From NCBI RefSeq assembly GCF_006345805.1, contig NW_021829644.1, positions 1-32,297 of the forward strand: 32,297 nt of DNA, read 5' to 3'. Positions 21,812 to 32,297 of the stretch are shown in pieces (position 1 is the stretch's first letter; every line of letters begins with the position of its first letter). The notes beneath the pieces were generated by a model, which was not told the origin of the DNA, did no database searches, and saw only the letters and a program-made list of their open reading frames with translations. This DNA comes from Octopus sinensis (Eukaryota). Made by a program: the position numbers and the translations under genes.

Positions 21812-22755
21812 CATCATCATCATCGTCGTTTAACATCCATTTTTCATGCTGGCATGGCTTGGATGGTTTTACTAGGCTGCATCAGGCTCCAATCTGATCT
21901 GGCAAGATTTCTACAGCTGGATGCCCTTCCTAACACCAACCACACTGAGAGTGTAGTGGGTGCTTTTGTCATGCCACTGGCATGGGATCCAGTTGAGCAT
22001 CACTGGCATCAGCCATGTTTGGATGGTGCTTTTTACATGCTACCAGCACAGGAGCCATTTGGGGATGGGGGCCTGGCATCAACCACGTATGGATGGTACT
22101 TTTTATATGCCACTGGCATGGGGAGCCAGTCAAGCAGCACTGACAACGACCCATGCATGAAGGGTGTTTATTGCCTGTCACCAGCATGGGAGCCAGTCAG
22201 GTGGAACTGGCATTGGCCTCAACTACAATTTCCATTTTGATTTAATTGAAATTTTGATTGCGATTTTGAATTTACTTGACTCAACAGGTCTTCTCAAGCA
22301 TGGTGTGTTGTCTGATGATTCAAAGGCGCTTTTTAAATGGGCTGGTTATGTGACACTGGTATAGGCTATGGCTGTTATCTCACTTTACTTGCCCAGTCTT
22401 CTCAATCACAGCATATCCCCAGAGGTCTCGGTTTCTTGTCATTGCCTCTGTGAAGCCCAGTGTTCGAAGGTTGTGCTTCGCCACCTCATCCTATGTTGTC
22501 CTGGGTCTCCCTCTTCCACGGGTTCCTTCTATTATTTGGGAGTGGAACTTCTTCACACAGCTTTCCTCATCCATAAGCAGCACATGACCATACCAGTGCA
22601 GTCATCTCTCTTGCACACCACATCTGATGCTTCTTATGTCCAACATTTCTCTCAGGGCACTTACACTCTGTGGTGTGTGCACACTGACATTACACATCCA
22701 GTGGATCGTACTAACTTCCTTCCTTTCAAGCCTACACATGTCCTCAACAGTCAAA
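21812..22755 (-). mobile_element. 5'-truncated RTE-LINE (3'UTR plus RT C-terminus)
   Basis: (cat)n tail, four 3'UTR units, and clear homology to 4619-5640 (accataccagtgc...cttgcacaccac...cactgacattacacatcc). Confidence 0.92.
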
Positions 22756-23604
22756 ACATCAATATCAATGATCAGTTTTTATTTTGACTAATATTGGTTT
22801 CAGCATGCATTTTCCAGCACGCATGGGAGATAACTCTAGACATGTTCCTGTCTTAATGGCCTCATCAGCAGAACTGTGTTTGTATTTATAAAAGCAATGA
22901 TAAAAACATCACTGCGTAAATTGTACATTAGTTGGTATAGGAAATAGAAAAATTGTTTAGAGAATCTACATTAAAAAATGTAGCCAAAGTTAGTGTTAGT
23001 ATATTTAAAACAGGTAGCATTCTTATTTTACTACCCTTTCTCAGTTGAACTTGTTTGGTCTTATGAAAGTATAACAGAGTATGTAGAAAATAGGGTTTTT
23101 TTTCACCCTTTTGTTTAGATGAAAGATAGTGTTTAGACTCATGGAGAAAAACATGTTCTTAAATTGAACACCAGATCTAAATACTTAAAACAGAGTGAAC
23201 TCTTGCTAACAGCATCCAGGAGATGATTATATTAATCTGCCAACAGATTCAGTTTAATTAGCTGTTTATCAAAAGATGTTCAAAATTTCTGTGAAATATT
23301 GAAGAACCGTTGAAATAAAGTTTAGTTGAGCTTAGAATGATTCAAGTTTTTAGTTGAGACATTTCTAAACTACTTTGTGATTTTGGGTTGATGCCAAACA
23401 TAGGTGCATTGTTATTTGGTAAATGTTATTTATTTTGTAGTGATTTTTTCATTCAGTTCTTTTAAAATTGAAGATTATTATCAGAAGCTAAACAAAACTA
23501 GACTTCAAGGAAACTAGGAGTCGTCTGCATTTAGGAAAAAAAAAATCAGCCCTCTAAACAAAAAAGAAAAAAAGAAGCAATGTGCTGTTCATGATCACTA
23601 TTTT

Positions 23605-24180
23605 TATCTTTTTGATATCTTTCATCTTTTACTGGTTTCAGTCACTAGAGTGTGGCCTTGATAAGATAATGCCTTGAAGAATTGATCAAATAAATCAACC
23701 TCAGACCCTATTTTTTTTTGAGACCAGTACTTATTCCATTGATCTCTTTTATGAAATTACTAAAATTATGGGGATGTAAACCCATAAACACCAGTTGTCT
23801 TGTAGTGGTGGTGAACAAATACACAGACACACACGCACAGGTACGTCTACCTGCTGGTGCCACATAAAATCGCCCATACTGGTGCCGTGTAAAAAGCATC
23901 CAGTACACTTTGTTTGGTGGTTGGCATTAAGAATGGTGTCCAGCTGTAAAATCCATGCTAAAACAGACAGTGGAACCTGCTGTAGTTTTCCAGCTTACTA
24001 GCTCCTCTCAAATAATCCAACCCATGGAAAACGGACATTAAATGAGGACGATACACACTAGCTTCTTTTAGTTTCAGTTTACTAAATCTACTCACAAGGT
24101 TTTTGTCAGCTGAAGGCTACAGTAGAAGAAACTTGCCCAAGGTGCTATGAATGTGGTTGGGAAGCAATCTTCTTGCCAAC
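23605..24180 (-). mobile_element. Composite SINE family B interrupted by a plus-strand RTE-tailed element
   Basis: 3' body at 23605-23835 and tRNA head at 24055-24180, both minus. The insert at 23845-24052 ends ccaacccatggaaaacggacattaaatgag. Confidence 0.75.
23845..24052 (+). mobile_element. RTE-tailed non-autonomous element
   Basis: ggtgccgtgtaaaaagcatcc...ggttggcattaagaatggtgtccagctgtaaaa...ccaacccatggaaaacggacattaaatga. Confidence 0.75.
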
Positions 24181-25109
24181 AATCTTATTCTTAATATGCA
24201 TTGTTGATTTTGGTTTCTTTATTTATATATTAGCAGTTTTGAGTTAAACAAGGTTAATTATGTTTATAAATAGTTTTACATAAATTAAATGTAAAGTGCA
24301 TCCATGCTAAACTAGGATTTTAACTTGTGAAAATCACTTTGTAAATCACGTATTTATACCCATCTAAGACCTTTTCACAACAAATACTATCTATGAATCT
24401 ATTACGTTGATTAAACGATGGATACAGAGAGAGAGGAGGAGTGAGAGAGAGAGGAGCATGAATATTTTGTGTTGTTATGAGTCTGCTCTCATAAATATTA
24501 GTTTGTTGTATTTTTTTTTTCATCCTTTTCTGATCTTTACAATGAAATGTTACGTGATGTAAAGACAACAAGACTCCATTCCGCTGAGTCAACTATTCAT
24601 TAATAAAGCAGTCCATTGGTCTTTTATTGGTTTGCAACCAGTGAGCTGGTGCCATGCTGCAGTACCACCATCCATATATGATCCTTGAAAAAAATTCTCT
24701 TAATGATGAGTTTCCCTGTTAGGTTCTTACTAATTCATTTACCGTTTTAAAGAGAATCCTATTTATCTTCTCTCCCATGTGGTGACTTAAGTTTTGAACA
24801 TCCACAAATGAGTGCAGAGTATCCTGCTGCACTCACGACAGTGTTCTGAGTTCAATCCCTCATGGCCAACCAAATGGGATACTTGTGTAGTTAGGTCATG
24901 GAGCTATATTTTGCATTTGAGGTGTTGACATTCACCATGTCTTTGATATTCTTTTGGCCACAAATCCAATGTGTCTTTCCTTCCTTTTAAAGATTGTAGA
25001 ATGTGATTCGAGGGAGATTTGTTAGCTATTTCAAGCAGATTGAATAACCGTACATGGGCTGCCTCATTGCCCCTTAACAGTATCTATGTTAAAATGTCTT
25101 ACTTAGTTA

Positions 25110-25400
25110 CCACATGTGGAAGCCTGTTGTGTGTATCTATCTGTCTATTTATCTATCTATACACACACACACACACATTCGTTAATCTGTGTGGGTTTGT
25201 GTCTTTGCATTTGTTTTCATCCTCCACCGCTGCTTGACTACTGGTGTTGGTTTGTTTATGTCCCCCATAACTTGGCAGTTCTAGCAAAAGTGACTGATAG
25301 AATAAGTACTAGACTTTTAAAAAAATTACTGGGGTCAATTTGCTTAACTAAAACCCTTCAAGGCAGTGCTCCAGCATGGCTCCATGAAACAAATAAGAGG
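25110..25400 (+). mobile_element. SINE family B 3' body
   Basis: ccaccgctgcttgactactggtgttgg...gtcccccataacttggcagttc...gatagaataagtact...ctggggtcaatt...gtgctccagcatggc; homologous to 26720-26935. Confidence 0.75.
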
Positions 25401-25409
25401 AAGATCTTT

Positions 25410-26100
25410 GTCACTTGATGTCCATTTTCCCCTGCTTGGGTGGATTGAACCATTTCTTCCATTCCTTTCTCGTCTTTAGCATTGTGAGATCAGCTTCCAT
25501 CACTTCTGTCCACTTCATCCTTGGGCATCTTCTCTCAGACTTTTCCTTCAACTTGCATCTCCTGCTATTTTGTTACCCATTTCATACCATCCACATCCAT
25601 TAGATACCCTTACCAATTCCGTCATCACTCTTTCATTCTGTCTCTGGTGTATGACTTATTGGTTAGGCTATTCATCTCATTATCATAATGGTTGTAAGTT
25701 CGATTCCAGGTGGTGCTCTGTGCCCTTTGGCAAGACACTTTATTTCACATTGCTCCACTCAGCTGATGAAATTAGAGTAGTACCTGTATCCCAAAGGGCC
25801 AGCTTTGTCACATTTTGTGTCACACTGAATCCCTGCCAAGAAGAACAGCATCAAGGTTGGGCAGGTCTGTGGGGAGTACTCAGCAACATTAGTTTCACGA
25901 GCAGGTTGTTCCATTGATCAGCTGGAACCCTTGTCATCATAACTGATGAAGTGCTGGCTTTGTACCTCTTGGCTCATCTCTAATCACATTGCTTGTGCTA
26001 CATTAACATTACGCATCCACCGAAGCGTGTTTGCTTCATTTCCTTCCAGTGTTTGTGTCTCCATGCCACTCAACGTCAACATCTGTTACGATGCCTAATA
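25410..26100 (-). mobile_element. Old RTE-LINE fragment split by a SINE insertion
   Basis: 25975-26100 encodes TLEGNEANTLRWMRNVNV (compare RNEASMLRWMCNVSV in the 4619 copy). 25410-25650 continues with the GxPRMKWTEVMEADL C-terminus and tail. Confidence 0.7.
25655..25975 (+). mobile_element. tRNA-headed SINE (family C) nested in an RTE fragment
   Basis: ggttgtaagttcgattccagg B-box, then cctttggcaagacactttatttcacattgctccactcagctg, resembling the conserved cores of V/Meta-type SINEs (from memory, unverified). Confidence 0.75.
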
Positions 26101-26114
26101 AGAATTAAAAAAAA

Positions 26115-26262
26115 ACCACAGTTCTTGACTGGTGCTTCAGTTTATCAATCTCTGGAAGACAAAAAAAGCAACGTGGACCTCAGAAAGACTTGAACTCTCA
26201 ACATAAAGGATCATATTGAATACGGCAAGGCATTTTAGCTCATATTTTAAGGCTTCAGCCCA
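26115..26262 (-). mobile_element. SINE family A copy
   Basis: ctggtgcttcagtttatcaatc...gcaacgtggacctcag...acttgaactctcaac...; reverse complement of the 3291-3452 type. Confidence 0.6.
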
Positions 26263-26719
26263 TACGCTGCTTATTTACAAGCCAATATCTTGTAAATCTT
26301 TCCTTCAAATGTCACAGATGACCAACCTAAATAAAAAGTAATAATTCAACTTGCCAACAGATTTTCCTATAATTTCACATTCATTTCCGGCAGAGTTTTT
26401 TCTTGTTGTTGTTAGGTTTAATGAACAAACAGACACTTTTATTAAAGTATTTTTTTTTTTTTTTTGCCAAACAGTAAAATACTGTCTCGTTCCATCCTTT
26501 CACACATATTTAATTCAGCAGCAAGAAACAAGGAAGTCTTAGAAAAAAAATGTCTTGTGGTTATGTAATTAAGGCTTGAATTACCTTCTTTGAGCATCAT
26601 TTTGAAGGTTGAGGGAGATAAAAGTGGAATTGGTAGCTTAGATAATCTCTCTCTTTCCGTCTCTCACTTTTTTTTTGATGTCAGCAAGAAAAATATAAAA
26701 TGTATGTGTATGTATGTGT

Positions 26720-26935
26720 GTGTGTGTGTGTGTATTTGTCTCCCCACCACCACCACTACTTGAGAACCAGTGGTAGCGTGCTTACATCTCTATAATTTTT
26801 CTATTTTGATAACAGACCAATAGAATAAGCACCAGACTTGAAACAACTTACTGGGGTCAATGTCTTCATCTGAAACTTTTTAAAGGAGGTGCTCCAGCAT
26901 GGCAGCAGTCCAATGACTGAAACCAGTAAAAGATA
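26720..26935 (+). mobile_element. SINE family B 3' body preceded by (GT)n
   Basis: ttgtctcccccacc...aatagaataagcacc...ctggggtcaatg...gtgctccagcatggcagcagtccaatgactgaaaccagtaaaagat. Confidence 0.8.
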
Positions 26936-27109
26936 ATTAATATTCAATTAGCAATGTTATAAGTCCGTGGTGGTGGTGGTGGTGGTGGTTACTCTGAGGA
27001 ACATGGTTCATTCTTGGAGCAAGTGCCAAAATCTTAGAAGAACCAGAGTTTTGAAGTGTTGTAAAGCTTAGAGAATCAGTGAATTAATGAATAATGGTCA
27101 AGAGCCTTA

Positions 27110-27495
27110 GGAGGTGCCTGAATCTCTTTTGGTGCCGGGTTGCTTTCCTGGATTATGGGTTACCATTGATCAGATTTTGTATCCAACCAACGACTATGCG
27201 GAAATTGCGATGCGTTTTGTTACTTGTATGATTCAGGAGTCCCAGCTTGGACCCTTTGGCCATGTTGCTTTTCTGAGCCAGACCTTGCTTACCATGTTCT
27301 CTTCACCAAGGATCCAGCTGAGTCGACAGCTTACGTTGGTCAACCAAATGTTACATAGTCATGGCATGTGAGGAGGTATCCTGCAGAGACAGGGATTGAC
27401 AGCTTAAAAGGTCACCTTGGAGGACCCAGGGGTATACCAACAAATGGTGAATGCAACAATGTGCTGCGACAGTGCATGTCCCCACACCTCACCTA
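27110..27495 (+). mobile_element. Decayed RTE-LINE 3' fragment (further family)
   Basis: Broken frames read IMGY.W.DFVSNQRL...MRFVTCMIQESQL..FGHVA, the RTE C-terminal W.DFVSN...RQLR.FGHVAR motif. Confidence 0.75.
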
Positions 27496-27554
27496 CTTTT
27501 CTTATTTTTCTTTTGAACAGATTGCGGGGTCTAGGATTGGTGCTGTTTGGTTAA

Positions 27555-27700
27555 ATGATTTAGTTCTTTAGCTACAAGGTCCTGAGTTCAATCTCAGATG
27601 TCATTTTCTATAGCTTTGGGTTCACCCATATGTTGTGACTTAGTGAGTAAAACTGGGCAGAGAGAAATTGTGGAGAACTGTATCAAGTGAATTGTCACTG
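27555..27700 (+). mobile_element. SINE family B head fragment
   Basis: ggtcctgagttcaatctc B-box-like motif, then ttctatagctttggg...ttgtga...gagtaaaactgggcag. Confidence 0.5.
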
Positions 27701-27787
27701 TCAGTGGAAAGGCAGAGCTTTGTCACACACCCTGTGCCATACTGATTGTGCCTGCAAATTACATTAAAGGTGCTCTTGTTCTGTATG

Positions 27788-27824
<37 letters not shown>

Positions 27825-27827
<3 letters not shown>

Positions 27828-28080
27828 CAAAATAAGCAACAAGGATATCCAGAGGTAATGCAGTACGATCGTTTCATATAACTACATTTAATTGAAGAAT
27901 GCAAATAGAATAACTATACAAATAAATCCTTCGAATTTAACCAAATTCTATATTTTTATGCAGTTGAAGATTGCTCTACATTTTAAAACTGATGTAATAT
28001 TTGCATTGTTCAATTAAATGGAGTTGCATGAAACGATCGTACTGCATTACCTCTGGATATCCTTGTTGCTTATTTTGATT
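27825..28080. mobile_element. Foldback/MITE-like element with 83-bp terminal inverted repeats
   Basis: Exact arms 27825-27907 and 27998-28080 are reverse complements with 4 mismatches in 83 bp (outer 53 bp identical), around a 90-bp spacer. The left end abuts (TA)n. Confidence 0.9.
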
Positions 28081-28178
28081 GTAATCACCCCATTTTGGAT
28101 TATATGGATAATACCAGACAAAATTCTGGTGCCTTTAACTTAAGTACCATATCCAACTGAATCTAAATTTTACTGAAC

Positions 28179-28221
<43 letters not shown>

Positions 28222-28618
28222 CTTTTTTTTGTTTTTAATTATTTAAATTCTTCTTCTGAGGAAGGAACTCATTTCTGACAAAGATACAAAACTCCATCAT
28301 CGAAATCCAGATAACAAAAAACAATGTCTAATTTAAACTTGAGAAATGTCTTGCATATTTTGATTCTTCCACTTACAGATTGTATTTGTAATTTGCGAAT
28401 TAGCTGGTTGATTTGTTTTTCTGAAAATCTGATCTTAACCAGGTTGTTACTTAATCATTTACTCGCAAAGCAAAATCCACACGTATGTATGTATGTACGT
28501 ATGTACTTTCGTTCGTTCGTTCGTATATGTTTCTCTTTGAGTTTTATCTAAGTTCTTAAGAGAGTTCAAGCTGGTCACTAACAAAGCAACAAGACTTTTT
28601 GAGTCATTAGATTTCCCT

Positions 28619-29522
28619 ATCATCATCATCATCGTTTAACGTCCGTTTTCCATGCTAGCATGGGTTGGACAGTTCGACTGGGGTCTGGGAAGCCAGGAGA
28701 CTGCACTAGGCTCCAGTCTGATCTGGCAGTGTTTCTACAGCTGGATGCCCTTCCTATCACTAACCATTCTGAGAGTGTAGTGAGTACTTTTTACATGTCA
28801 CCAGCATGGGGGCCAGAGGGGGCTGGCATTGACCACAATCGGATGGTTCCTTTTTACATACCACGGGCATGGGGATCACAACTAAAATTTCCATTTGATT
28901 TTCATGTACTTGACTCAGTAGGTCTCCTCAAGCATGGCATGTTGCCCTACAATCCAAGGTACTTTTGAGTGGGCTGGTTATGTGACACCGGTGTAGGTTA
29001 CAGCCGAGGACTCACTTTATTTGCCAGGTCTTCTCAGTCACAGCATACCTCCAGATGCCCAGGTCTTTTGTCATTGCCTCTGTGAGGCCCAACGTTCAAA
29101 GGTCATGCTTCACCATCTCATCCCATGTCTTCCTGGGTCTCCCTCTACCCTGGATTCCTTCAACTGTTTGGGAGTGGCACTTCTTCACACAGGTCTCCTC
29201 ATCCATCCATAGTACATGACCATACCAATGCAAACGTCTCTCTTGCACACCACATCCAGTGCTTCTTATGCCTAACATTTCTCTCAGGGCACTTACACTC
29301 TGTTGTGTATGCACACTGACATTACACATCCAGTGGATCATGCTAGCTTCACTTCTTTTGAGCCTAAGCATGTCTTCAGCAGTCACAGCCCATGTTTCAC
29401 TGCCATGAAGCATGGCAGTTTGCATACATGCATTGTACAATCTACCTTTCATTCTGAGTGAGAGACCCTTTGTCACCAGCAGGGGTAGAAGCCTTCTGAA
29501 CTTTGCCCAGGTTATTCTTATT
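28619..29522 (-). mobile_element. 5'-truncated RTE-LINE
   Basis: (cat)n tail and 3'UTR. ORF 29096-29581 encodes RITWAKFRRLLPLL...KGRLYNAC...GSETW...WYGHV...GRGRPRKTW. Confidence 0.95.
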
Positions 29523-29961
29523 GTAGTGTTTATAAATATGTGGTTGAGTTGATATGTTGGTTGAGCTGTTGACGCACACAATCAAGAGTGTGCTTATATT
29601 CATCTAAAGAATCACAGATGGTCAAACTTTGGAGTGTCTTACAAATCTTCACTATGTCACTTAGAGACTCTCAATTTGTATGTATCTGTCTGTCTGTATT
29701 TTTTGCAGGTCTTGTTTTTAGTCCTCCTGGGTTTCTAGCAATCCTCCTCACCAGGCAAGCCTAGTGAGGGTGCCAGTTTAGTCACAGGTGACTGGACCAT
29801 GCAACAGGTTGTTGCACCAGTAGCTGGTGCAACAACCTCATGCATGACCATTGCTGGCATTTTGCATGGGTAATGGTCAGTGATGGTCTCTCCTCATTCT
29901 CAAATGGATAGCCATCATCATCATATGCATGCATGCATTTATGTGTGTGTGTGTGGAGGGG

Positions 29962-30135
29962 GGCAGATTTCTGCACAGTCTGTGTCACATGACATAGTTC
30001 ATTCTCACTTTTGGTAGATGTAGCATAGAAGGATCAAAGAGTGAAGATGTAGCATAGAGTGAAGATGTAGCATAGAAGGATCAAACTCTGACCATGTCTT
30101 TGTGAAGCCAGCTTCTTAACCACAAAACCATGCGT
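29962..30135 (-). mobile_element. SINE family B head fragment with internal micro-duplications
   Basis: Ends aggatcaaactctgaccatg...agcttcttaaccacaaaaccatgcg, the reverse complement of the family B head. Confidence 0.5.
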
Positions 30136-30616
30136 TCACCTACTTGCTGCTAAGCATTTTCTTGCTGAAATCATCTCAAATCCTTTTTACTTTTCATCCT
30201 ATTTCTACCTCTTCTAATTGTATATAGAACAACCTGACCAGTAAAAATTAGCTGCTTTTTAATAATAAGAGGGAGAATGACAAGAATAAAAGTTTCAAAA
30301 TGGAGTTATCACTAAGCGTGCCAGGATTTACATGTGAGCTGCCAAATGAACAAAAAGTTCGCTTAGTGGAGAAATATATCTACAGCAAAAACAGTAAAAA
30401 ACAGAAAAAAAAGAATGAAATGGTTTTGAATTTGTTCATTAAGCAAACTGTTTTTCCATACATGTATAAGTTTTTGACTAGAATTAATTTTAGGTGAGGT
30501 TTTATGACCAGCAACTCTTCCTGTTGCCAACCTTCAGCCGATGTGAAAGGTTTTTCATTCATTCACACATATGTGCACCCGGCCCTATATATATACATGT
30601 GTATATTGCATACATG

Positions 30617-31366
30617 ACAGAGTGTAAGTGCCTTGAGAGAAAAGTTGGATTTAAGAAGCATTAGATGTGGTGTGCAAGAGAGACGACTATGCTGGTATGG
30701 TCATGTGATGCATATGAATGAGGGCAGCTGTGGGAAAAAGTGTCACACCCTAGCAGTTGAGGGAACTTGTGGAAGAGGTAGATCCAGGAAGACCTGGGCT
30801 GAGGTGGTGAAGCACGACCTTTGAACATAGAGCTTTACCCAGGAAATGACTAGTGACCTGGACCTTTGGAGGTATGCTGTGCTTGAGAAGACCCGACAAG
30901 GCAAGTGAGATCATAGCCCATGGTCTATGCCAGGGGGTGTAACCAGGGACAATGAACATAGCTTGTGAAGACCTATTGAGGCAAGTGTAAACAAAATCAG
31001 AACTGCTGATGTGGCCGACGACAGTACCACATGATTGGCACTTGTGATGATTGTTGCCAGCATCACCTTACCAGCACAGGTGCCGGTGGCACGTGAAAAA
31101 CATCATTTGAGCGTGGTTGTTACCAGTGCGCCTTTTGAGCATGATCGTGGTCATTGCCAGAACCGCCTGACTGGCTTTCGTGCTGGTGGTATGTAAAAAG
31201 CATCTACTACACTCCCAGAGTGGTTGACATTAGGAAGGGCATCCAGCTGTAGAAACTTTGCTCGACCATACTGAGCCTGGTGCAGCCTCTGGCTCACCAG
31301 TCCTCAGTCAAACCGTCCAACCCATGCCAGCATGGAAAGTGGATGTCAAACGATGATGATGATGAT
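30617..31366 (+). mobile_element. 5'-truncated RTE-LINE
   Basis: ORF 30633-30824 (LDLRSIRCGVQERRLCWYGHV...GRGRSRKTW), 3'UTR and tail ccaacccatgccagcatggaaagtggatgtcaaacgatgatgat. Confidence 0.95.
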
Positions 31367-31371
31367 ATATA

Positions 31372-32204
31372 CAGGGTGTGGTGAATAAATTGACGTTTAA
31401 ATTATGCAAAAAGGAAAATAACACTGACTTCTCATTTTAACAGATATATTTACCAAAATCACATAAAAATATCTTGAAGTACTAATGAGTAAATTTAGTC
31501 AATAAAATTGCCATTGGCTTCAACCACAGTCTCCAGATGGCTTTGGAATCTCATGCAACTCTTGTGGACGGTCTCCTTGTTTAAGTTGGTGAATGCTGCC
31601 ATAATCCCTGCCTTCAGTTCATCTTTGGTGTTACAAGGAGTTTTGCTGGTCACTAGCTCAACTGTGTCCCACATATAATAATCAAGGAGATTACAGACTG
31701 GGGTGTTAGGTGGCCAGCCATGACTGGGTTCTCCTATTTGTGTGGCATGGTGCAGAGTCTTGTTGCCAGACATATGGTCTTCCAGCAGCCACCCTCTGGG
31801 GCCAGGGCAGCACTACCTCCTCCAGGCACTTCATGTATGCCTCTGTATTGAGTCTGATGCCTTGTGGGAAGAAGAATGGAGGGATAATGTTGCCATTTTA
31901 AGTGATCACTCCAAACATGATGATGTTGATTGGATGTTTGATTTTTATCACTCTCAGTACATGTCCTCAGATTGACACCCAAACATTCTGAAATGTTTGT
32001 ACTGGAGCTTGCGGCCTGAATACCAAGTGATATAGGATATTATTTCCAAATTTTTGGCCGAGTGAATTGTGTCATGGTGCTGTTTTGCTTAGATGGTGAC
32101 CAACTGACCCTACTATACTGTGTAGTCAACAAAATTAAAAACAAACAATGTGCATGTGTGAAATTAAAAATATAAAATGGTGACAATTTACCCATCACAC
32201 CCTG
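31372..32204 (-). mobile_element. Internally deleted Tc1/mariner (maT/DD37D-like) DNA transposon, 833 bp
   Basis: TIRs cagggtgtggtgaataaattg (31372-31392) and caatttacccatcacaccctg (32184-32204), 18/21 identical, with TA on both sides. Transposase remnants: MFGVI...PPFFFPQGIRLNTEAY...WQQDSAPCH and WPPNTPVCNLLDYYMW...RFQSHLETVVEANGNFID. Confidence 0.92.
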
Positions 32205-32220
32205 TATTTATATAAATGTG

Positions 32221-32227
32221 TGTATGA

Positions 32228-32278
<51 letters not shown>

Positions 32279-32292
32279 TATATACATATACA
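32221..32292. repeat. (TA)n microsatellite
   Basis: Direct inspection. Confidence 0.95.
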
Positions 32293-32297
32293 TAATC

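Noticed and set aside
22804-22890. Plus-strand acceptor followed by MHFPARMGDNSRHVPVLMASSAELCLYL*
   Set aside because: Single short frame next to a LINE end with no corroborating exon.

Overview
AT-rich, repeat-dense eukaryotic non-coding DNA. The repeat families look like those I recall from octopod cephalopods; that is an inference, not a database result. There is no complete protein-coding gene, rRNA, CRISPR array or operon-like system, and most listed ORFs are microsatellite artefacts or dead transposon frames. The window is dominated by: (i) 5'-truncated RTE-clade LINEs with (GAT)n tails, the largest at 4619-7562 with a decayed RT carrying a PHD-like C4HC3 insertion; (ii) several tRNA-headed or RTE-tailed SINE families, some nested; (iii) two R4/Dong-like (restriction-like endonuclease) fragments ending in (AAT)n; (iv) an internally deleted Tc1/mariner (maT-like) element with TIRs and TA TSD at 31372-32204; (v) Helitron-like non-autonomous pieces and two foldback elements; (vi) long microsatellites. 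One good candidate minus-strand coding exon (187-293) and two weaker, phase-compatible candidates (9418-9449, 17111-17182) suggest the window may be introns of an unidentified gene. The most unusual observations are small-scale: templated insertions and fold-back inversions inside repeats, near-perfect hairpins, and inverted LINE pairs. I found no convincing evidence for a new multi-gene system. Repeat boundaries are approximate (about +/-10-20 bp) unless stated as exact.
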